Notes under the pieces: model-generated
What the model was told of the DNA's origin: nothing
What the model saw: only the letters and a program-made list of their open reading frames with translations
Database searches by the model: none
In this document: piece after piece, positions 36,484 to 42,762 of the stretch
Layout: each line of letters begins with the position of its first letter
Numbering within the stretch: the first letter of the stretch is position 1
Position numbers and translations under genes: made by a program
DNA from: Gemmatimonadales bacterium
GTDB lineage: Bacteria; Gemmatimonadota; Gemmatimonadetes; Gemmatimonadales; GWC2-71-9
DNA length: 42,762 nt
Assembly: GCA_039930845.1 (NCBI GenBank)
Contig: JBDTTA010000003.1
Span: 1-42,762, forward strand
Direction: 5' to 3'

Positions 36484-37163
36484 TGCGGCTCTCCCGTGGC
36501 GGCGTCCCCGGTGCCCGCCGCGCCTGGGCGGTGATTGCCATTGCTGCGACCATGGTCTGGACCAGCGCACTGGCCGGCCAGGCCACGGCGGTGCAGCTCG
36601 ACGTACGACTCACACCGCCCGCGGTGACCGGGGCACGCGCACCGATTGTCCAATCGAGAAACCTGCTGAACGACGAACGCTGGGTCTCGGCGCTCCGTTC
36701 CGGGCTGCCGGTGCGGCTGCACTATCGTCTCGAGGTGTGGCGGTCGCGGGATGGGTGGTTCGACACCTTCGAGCGTCAGACCCAGTGGGACGTCGTCCTG
36801 CGTCACGAGCCGTTGCTGGACCAGTACAGTCTGATCACCATCGTCCGCGGGCGGGGGCAGGAGCGGCGGTACGCAACGCTCGATGCCCTCAGCGCTGCAC
36901 TCGGCTTTTCCTTTCAGGTCAACGTGCAGCCGTCGCAGTCGGGGAGATACTACTACGCGGTCACGCTCGAAATCTCCACGCTCTCCGATTCCGATCTCGA
37001 CGAGCTTCGGAGATTTCTCGAGGGGAGTCCGGACGACCCCGGCGGAAAGGAGAAAGAAGGCGGCGCACTGGGGAGGGGTGCAACCCGACTGCTGCTTCGC
37101 ATCGCCGGCCTGCCGACGCTGCGGCTCGAGGCGCGGAGCGAGGGGTTCGAGGTCAGGCCGTAA
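36483..37163 (+). CDS. DUF4390-like exported protein
   Basis: Signal-like segment; 'ALRSGLPVRLHYRLEVWRSR.GWFD', 'HEPLLDQY'; start uncertain (36483, 36531 or 36552). Confidence 0.6.
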   Translation: MRLSRGGVPGARRAWAVIAIAATMVWTSALAGQATAVQLDVRLTPPAVTGARAPIVQSRNLLNDERWVSALRSGLPVRLHYRLEVWRSRDGWFDTFERQTQWDVVLRHEPLLDQYSLITIVRGRGQERRYATLDALSAALGFSFQVNVQPSQSGRYYYAVTLEISTLSDSDLDELRRFLEGSPDDPGGKEKEGGALGRGATRLLLRIAGLPTLRLEARSEGFEVRP

Positions 37164-37713
37164 CCGTTCCCCCGAGTGCGCGCAGCGCCTCCTCGCCGTA
37201 AAAGAGCCGGATGTACTTGGCCTGGGTGACCGAGAGCCGGCGGACGGCCCAGGAGAGATGGACGAAGTGCGGCTCGCGCGGGGGGATCAGCGGGTGCATG
37301 CCGCACTCCTCGGGAAGATGATTGCCCTTCCTCGTATTGCAGGTGCTGCAGGCCGTCACCACGTTGGACCATTCGTTGTCGCCCCCGCGGGAGAGCGGCA
37401 CGAGATGGTCGCGCGTGAGGCACTCGCGATGTCGCATGTCCCCCTGGCTCCGATGGCAGTACTGGCAGCGATAGCTGTCGCGGGCGAAGAGGAATGTGTT
37501 GGTGACCTGGCGGCGGAAGCGGCGGGGGACGTGCACGAACTTGACGAGCCGGATGATCGCGGGTTTGGGCAGGGTGAGGCGTTCACTTCGAACGCTTTCG
37601 CCTGCATCCGATTCGACGATCTCGGCCTTCCCTTCGATGACCAACCGGAGGGCGCGCCGGACCGGGACCATTGTGAGCGGCTCGAACGATGCGTTCAACG
37701 CCAGGCAGCGCAC
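37153..37713 (-). CDS. HNH endonuclease (McrA-like)
   Basis: 'LALNASFEPL', 'RDSYRCQYC', 'TRDHLVPLSRGG...W.NVVTAC..CN.RKG'. Confidence 0.93.
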   Translation of the reverse strand: MRCLALNASFEPLTMVPVRRALRLVIEGKAEIVESDAGESVRSERLTLPKPAIIRLVKFVHVPRRFRRQVTNTFLFARDSYRCQYCHRSQGDMRHRECLTRDHLVPLSRGGDNEWSNVVTACSTCNTRKGNHLPEECGMHPLIPPREPHFVHLSWAVRRLSVTQAKYIRLFYGEEALRALGGTVTA

Positions 37714-37882
37714 GCACTATCTCCGCAATCGTTTGGACGGTGGATACACCAATCCCGCCTTGCTCGCCCTCGCTCAGGTCGGGCCCGACGGGAGTGGATC
37801 GGCGGCCTCGATCGGGCCGGACCGCCGCCCTCTCGAATCGTAATGCGCCGGGCCATCGGGCGGCAAGGGCGGTACGGGGCGG

Positions 37883-38329
37883 CTACTTCTTCACGAGTCC
37901 CTTGATCCGGGTGGCGATCGCTTCCCTGGTCCGCTGGCTCCTGGTGATGATCAGCACCGTGTCGTCCCCTGCGATCGTCCCGATGATCTCGGCCCAGCCC
38001 GCCTGATCGAGGGCCTCGGTGATCGCCCCCGCCGAGCCGCTGGCGGTCTTGAGCACGAGCAACGGACCCACACCGTCCACGCTCACGAGCAGCGCCGGGA
38101 GCACCTGCGCCAGGTCGGGCCGCACCGCTGCGCGGTGCGGATGGGCGTAGTACGCGCCACCCTGCGGGTCGGCCAGCTTGGCCAGGCCCAGTTCCCGGAT
38201 ATCGCGTGAGAGGGTGGCCTGGGTGACCACCACCCCTTCGGCGGCGAGCGCCTCGCGCAAGTCGTCCTGGCTCTCGATCCGACGGTCCCGCACGACGCGC
38301 AGAATCACCGCGTGGCGCTGGATCTTCAT
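37883..38329 (-). CDS. argR: Arginine repressor
   Basis: 'SQDDL', 'VTQATLSRDIREL', 'KT..G.A', 'IIGTIAGDDT'. Confidence 0.95.
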   Translation of the reverse strand: MKIQRHAVILRVVRDRRIESQDDLREALAAEGVVVTQATLSRDIRELGLAKLADPQGGAYYAHPHRAAVRPDLAQVLPALLVSVDGVGPLLVLKTASGSAGAITEALDQAGWAEIIGTIAGDDTVLIITRSQRTREAIATRIKGLVKK

Positions 38330-39576
38330 AGCGGCCGCTCGAGTCGATGCACGACCTTTCCTCCCACGTAGGTGGCCACGACATCACGCGGGCCGCTCGC
38401 GAGGACGCGGGCCGCAGGGGAAAGTTCCGCAGTGCCTGCCGGTGGACGAATCACGGCGCAGTCGGCCCACTTGCCGGGGACGAGGCTGCCGATCTCGCTC
38501 TCCAATCCGAGCGCTCGCGCACCGCCCAGGGTACACAGCGCCAGCGCCGCCTCGGCATCAAGTCCGGCCAGATCGGCCGCGGCGCGGGCGTCGGAGAGCA
38601 GATCGAGCTCTCCCACGCTCACGACCGAATCGGTGCCCACGCCGACCCGCAGGCCTGCCGCGAGCAGCGCGCCCAGCGGGGCGGCACCGTGCCCATGTGC
38701 GCGGTTGGAGAGCGGGCAGTGGGCCATCGCGGCGCCCGCTCTGCCGAGGAGACCGATGTCAGCGCGCGTCGCCCGGACGAGGTGGATGCAGAGGGTACGC
38801 TCGCCGAGCACGCCGTGGCGCTCGAGCCACGCAACGGGAGTCCCACCGAGCGGTGAGGGCATTGGAATTCCGCGAACGCGCCACGCCTCCGCGAAGGGCC
38901 CGGTTCCCTGCTCCAGAAGTTCGGTTTCCGCGGCCGACTCCGCCACATGCACCGCGAGCGGCAGCCCTTCGTCCCGCGCCCAGGATGCCGTGGCCGCATA
39001 GAGCCCGCCGCTCACGGTGTAGGGGGCATGGGGAGAAACGCCGATCAGTACCCGTCCTCCGGCAAACGCACCGAGTGCGTCCAGCTGACGCTCGAGCCCG
39101 CCGAGGCTCTCCCTGCACTGCGATGGGTGCGGACCGAAGACTTCCTGATACGCGATACCACAGCCGCCGGCACCTGCGAGCGCGCGGATGACTGCGCCGG
39201 AGTCGCCGGTATCGGCGACGGTCGTGACCCCCGCGGCCCAGCATGCAGCCAGGCCCTCTCGCGCCGCTGCCGCGAACTGTTCGGGCGTTCGCTCTGCCTT
39301 GCGGCGGCGGAGTCGCCTGATCCATCCGGCGAAATCAGCGTCGGGAGGCCCCTCCGCCAGGCCGGTAAGCTCCAGGTGAGTATGTGTGTTGACCAAGCCG
39401 GGGACGACAATCGCGTCCCCGAATGACTCGGTGTGCACCCCAGCCGGACTCGGCACCGTCCGCTCGGGCCCCGCCGCCACAATCCTGCCCTCGTTGCCGA
39501 CGAGCAACGCGGCGTGTTCGATAGGCGCGCCATCGACCGGAAGCAGCCAGCGGGCGGTGAGCCGGCGGGCCGGCAC
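38326..39576 (-). CDS. Metal-dependent amidohydrolase (MTA/SAH or aminofutalosine deaminase-like)
   Basis: 'PGLVNTHTHLEL', 'GVTT', 'SPHAPYTV', 'HVAES', 'HCPLSN', 'GTDS'. Confidence 0.88.
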   Translation of the reverse strand: MPARRLTARWLLPVDGAPIEHAALLVGNEGRIVAAGPERTVPSPAGVHTESFGDAIVVPGLVNTHTHLELTGLAEGPPDADFAGWIRRLRRRKAERTPEQFAAAAREGLAACWAAGVTTVADTGDSGAVIRALAGAGGCGIAYQEVFGPHPSQCRESLGGLERQLDALGAFAGGRVLIGVSPHAPYTVSGGLYAATASWARDEGLPLAVHVAESAAETELLEQGTGPFAEAWRVRGIPMPSPLGGTPVAWLERHGVLGERTLCIHLVRATRADIGLLGRAGAAMAHCPLSNRAHGHGAAPLGALLAAGLRVGVGTDSVVSVGELDLLSDARAAADLAGLDAEAALALCTLGGARALGLESEIGSLVPGKWADCAVIRPPAGTAELSPAARVLASGPRDVVATYVGGKVVHRLERPL

Positions 39577-39577
39577 G

Positions 39578-41857
39578 CTACCGCGGAGAGTTTGGTGGCG
39601 GGCCGGCGCCGCCCATGACTCCGGAAACGCCGGCGGGCTTGAGCGGAGCTCCAGTCTCCACCGGACCCGTCGCCGGCTTCGGTGCGACAGGGGCCGGGGC
39701 GGTGGGCGGAGCAGTGCCGGTGCCCCCCATCGCGCCGGTGCCCACCGCGCCGAACGGCGAGTGAATCGGACAGAAGTCCGTCGGCTCGGTGCCCGGGATG
39801 AACGATTCTATGTAGTGCACGTCTTTCGGACAGAACGGCGTCGCCTTGTAGCCGGTCGTCTTGTCGATGTCGAGCGCAGTGAGGCCGTCGGGGCGTGGCC
39901 ACGCGGGGGGAATGGCACGACGCTCGTACACCTCCCGCATCATGGCCGTCCACGCGGGCGCGGCGAGGACACCGCCCTGTGCGTTGCCCTTGATCTTCTT
40001 CGGCTGATCGAACCCGATCCAGATGCCGGTCACCAGGTCGGGGGTGAAGCCGATGAACCAGACGTCGAACCCGTCGTTGGTCGTGCCGGTCTTGCCGCCC
40101 GCCGGAAAGTTGATGCGCGAGCCGACGGACCCGACCGCCGTGCCGTGGCGGACGACGTCGCGGAGCACGTCGGTAATGAGCCAGGCATGCGCCGTGTCCA
40201 TGACCTGAACCGTACCGACCGAGGGCTGCCAGATGATTTTTCCGTTGCGGTCCTCGACTCGCAGAATGGCGTTCGGCACGGTGCGGGTTCCGAGGTTGGC
40301 GAAGGTGGTGTACGCCGAGATCATCTGGAGCGGTATCACATCGGCGGAGCCGATGTGAATGGATGGATAGGGCGGGATACGGGTCGTGATCCCGAACTTT
40401 GATGCCTCGCTGATGACGGCGTCTTCCCCGATTTCCATGCCCAGCTTGATGGCGATGATGTTGCGCGACATGTAGAGCGCCCGACGCAGCGTCATCGGCC
40501 CGTCGAACTCGAGGTCGTAGTTCTGCGGGGCCCACGGCTCCTGGCTCGGATCGATCTCGACGCTCAGCGGATCGTCGACCATGACGTGCGAAAGGGGATA
40601 GCCCGCCTCGATGGCCGCGGAGTAGACGATGGGCTTGAAGGTGGATCCCGGCTGGCGAAGTGCCTGCGTGGCGCGGTTGAACTTGCTGTCCTCGAAATCC
40701 CGTCCACCCACCATCGCCCGGATCGACCCGGTCTTTGCCTCGAGTGTCACCACCAGCCCCTGCAGGTACGGCGTCGTCGGCTTGTCGCCGTTATCGGGCG
40801 TGTCCGCCCTCGAGTCCATGTACTGCCGGTAGGTCTGATGGGGGAATTTCCCGTCCGCCCCGCTTTCGATGGCCTCGAGCCGGGCTTCGAGTGCGCGCTC
40901 GGCCGCCTGCTGCATGTCGAGATCGAGCGTCGTGTAGATCCGGTAGCCCGAGCGGTAGAGGTCGGAGCCGAACTTGGCGTCGAGCTGCTGGCGCACGTAT
41001 TCCACGAAATATTCCGCCACCCCGCTGAAATCCGAGCGCGAAGAGAGCAGCAGCGGATAGGCCTTCCACCGCTCGGCCTCCTCGGGCGACAGCACATCGT
41101 TGTCACGGAGGAGGTTGAGCACGGTGTTTCGGCGCTGGATCGTGAGGTTGGGATTTTTCCGGGGATTGTACCGCGAAGGCGCCTTCGGAATGGCGGCGAG
41201 CGTCGCGGCCTCGGCGACGTTCAGGTCCCGGACCGATTTGCCGAAGTAGCGCTGCGAGGCAGCTTCGACTCCGTAGGCGCGGTTTCCCAGGTCGATCTGG
41301 TTGAGGTAGAGCTCGAGGATCTTGTCCTTGGGATACTTCGCCTCGATTTCCCGAGCCACCTGCGCCTCACGCAACTTCCGCCGCAGCGACTTGTCGCGGC
41401 CGCTGATATCCTCCGGCCAGAGATTGCGCGCGAGCTGCATGGTGATGGTCGAGAAGCCCTCGGCCACCCGCAGCTTGAAGATGTTGTTCTTGATGGCGCC
41501 GAAGACGCGATACCAGTCGATGCCGTGATGCTGGTAGAAACGCTTGTCCTCGGTGGTGATGAACGCGACCCTGACATAGGGAGACATTTCGGCGATCGGC
41601 ACCACGGTGCGGCGCTCGAGGCCGAGATCGGTGATGAGCCGGCCATCGGCCGCGTAGACCTTGGAGGCCTGGTTGGGGTCGTACCCGCCGAGGTCGCCGA
41701 TGGAGGGACAACTGTTGCCGGCGCATGCCCGGGTGTACGCCGCAATGATGACGGCGAGACCAAACGCCATCAGCGCGAGGGTTCCGACCAGGAGATTGCG
41801 GCGGGCGCGGGGAGAGAGCGAGACGCGCATGCGCGGGGCGTTGAGCCGGCGGGCCAT
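39578..41857 (-). CDS. mrcA: Class A penicillin-binding protein 1A
   Basis: '[10 protein letters not shown]', '[10 protein letters not shown]', 'RKLRE', 'YLNQI'; transpeptidase motifs 'GSTFK', 'SRN', 'KTGT'. Confidence 0.95.
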   Translation of the reverse strand: MARRLNAPRMRVSLSPRARRNLLVGTLALMAFGLAVIIAAYTRACAGNSCPSIGDLGGYDPNQASKVYAADGRLITDLGLERRTVVPIAEMSPYVRVAFITTEDKRFYQHHGIDWYRVFGAIKNNIFKLRVAEGFSTITMQLARNLWPEDISGRDKSLRRKLREAQVAREIEAKYPKDKILELYLNQIDLGNRAYGVEAASQRYFGKSVRDLNVAEAATLAAIPKAPSRYNPRKNPNLTIQRRNTVLNLLRDNDVLSPEEAERWKAYPLLLSSRSDFSGVAEYFVEYVRQQLDAKFGSDLYRSGYRIYTTLDLDMQQAAERALEARLEAIESGADGKFPHQTYRQYMDSRADTPDNGDKPTTPYLQGLVVTLEAKTGSIRAMVGGRDFEDSKFNRATQALRQPGSTFKPIVYSAAIEAGYPLSHVMVDDPLSVEIDPSQEPWAPQNYDLEFDGPMTLRRALYMSRNIIAIKLGMEIGEDAVISEASKFGITTRIPPYPSIHIGSADVIPLQMISAYTTFANLGTRTVPNAILRVEDRNGKIIWQPSVGTVQVMDTAHAWLITDVLRDVVRHGTAVGSVGSRINFPAGGKTGTTNDGFDVWFIGFTPDLVTGIWIGFDQPKKIKGNAQGGVLAAPAWTAMMREVYERRAIPPAWPRPDGLTALDIDKTTGYKATPFCPKDVHYIESFIPGTEPTDFCPIHSPFGAVGTGAMGGTGTAPPTAPAPVAPKPATGPVETGAPLKPAGVSGVMGGAGPPPNSPR

Positions 41858-41911
41858 GGACGCAAGCTAGCCGGTTGCGAGGCCCGTTTCCAGCGGGTAC
41901 GATTGGCGCCT

Positions 41912-42762
41912 ATGACCGATCTTCTCGAACTGCTGGCCGCGCGCGGCTTCATTCAGGACGTCACGCCCGGCCTCGACCAGCGGCTCCGCACCGGCCCCAT
42001 CGTCGCCTACGCGGGCTTCGATCCCACCGCCGACTCGCTCCACGTCGGCAACATGATCCCGGTGATGGGGTTGGCCTGGCTGCAGCGGGACGGCCATGTC
42101 CCGATCGCGCTGGTGGGCGGCGGCACCGGCATGGTCGGCGACCCGAGCGGCAAGCGGGCCGAGCGCCCGGTGATGGACCTCGAACAGATCGATCGCAACG
42201 CCCAGCGCATCGGTCAGCAGCTCTCCCGGTTCCTCACCTTCGAGGGGGCCAACGGGGCGCGGATGCGGAACAACGCCGACTGGCTGCGGAGCGTCCGCCT
42301 GATGGACTTTCTGCGCGACACCGGCAAGCATTTCACGATCAGCTACATGCTCCAGAAAGACTCGGTCCAGAGCCGGATGGAGACCGGCATTTCCTACACC
42401 GAATTCAGCTACATGCTGGTCCAGGCCTACGACTACCTGCACCTGTTCCGTACGGAGAGCTGCGAGCTTCAGGTCGGCGGCAGCGACCAGTGGGGCAACA
42501 TCACGGCCGGCAGCCACCTGGTGGAACGGCGCGAAGGGCGGCAGGTGCACGGCCTGGTCTTTCCCCTGGTCACCACCGCCACCGGAGCCAAGTTCGGCAA
42601 GAGCGAAGCAGGAAACATCTGGCTCGATCCGGAACGCACCAGCCCGTACCACTTCTACCAGTTCTGGGTCAATACCGACGACCGCGACGTCGAGCGCTAC
42701 CTCAAGCTCTTCACCTTTCTCCCCCTCGACCGCATCGCGGCCGTGATGGCGGAGCAGGGGCG
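41912..42762 (+). CDS. tyrS: Tyrosine--tRNA ligase, 3'-truncated by the window end (not in the ORF track)
   Basis: Manual translation: [12 protein letters not shown]...[15 protein letters not shown]...GDPSGK..ERP...EFSYML.QAYD...GGSDQWGNI...KFGKS. Confidence 0.96.
   Translation, partial: MTDLLELLAARGFIQDVTPGLDQRLRTGPIVAYAGFDPTADSLHVGNMIPVMGLAWLQRDGHVPIALVGGGTGMVGDPSGKRAERPVMDLEQIDRNAQRIGQQLSRFLTFEGANGARMRNNADWLRSVRLMDFLRDTGKHFTISYMLQKDSVQSRMETGISYTEFSYMLVQAYDYLHLFRTESCELQVGGSDQWGNITAGSHLVERREGRQVHGLVFPLVTTATGAKFGKSEAGNIWLDPERTSPYHFYQFWVNTDDRDVERYLKLFTFLPLDRIAAVMAEQG

Noticed and set aside
37153-37713. HNH gene as a defence system or mobile element
   Set aside because: It is a stand-alone McrA-like gene among housekeeping genes, with no methylase, integrase, terminal repeats or evident composition shift
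41867-42652. 261-aa minus-strand ORF
   Set aside because: It is the antisense shadow of tyrS on the plus strand

Overview
High-GC bacterial chromosomal segment with about 43 tightly packed genes. Gene content is consistent with a Gemmatimonadota-type organism, which is an inference only. Left to right: part of a DUF4350/DUF4129/RDD-SpoIIM membrane cluster; an unannotated 59-aa stand-alone HisKA-like microprotein; rho-ruvX-mltG; thiE divergent from aroH and an RlmI-like methyltransferase; tdh-kbl; an outer-membrane protein; mpg and an NYN-domain protein; a signalling block (soluble histidine kinase, sigma54 activator, REC plus degenerate GGDEF); a surface-glycan locus (priming sugar transferase, two GT2, GT4, flippase, AsnB-like ligase, epimerase, methyltransferase, VanZ); an NtrY/NtrX-like pair with a beta-barrel and a DUF4390-like gene; HNH, argR, an amidohydrolase, PBP1A and a truncated tyrS. 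I found no rRNA, tRNA, CRISPR array or mobile element. The best candidate for an undescribed system is the 17-31 kb glycan locus, which has candidate sigma54 promoters and several catalytically altered components: a GGDEF domain that keeps only the I-site, a GT2 paralog without DxD, and a Cys-less AsnB coupled to a 15-codon uORF. All family calls come from motif recognition by eye; no database searches were run.
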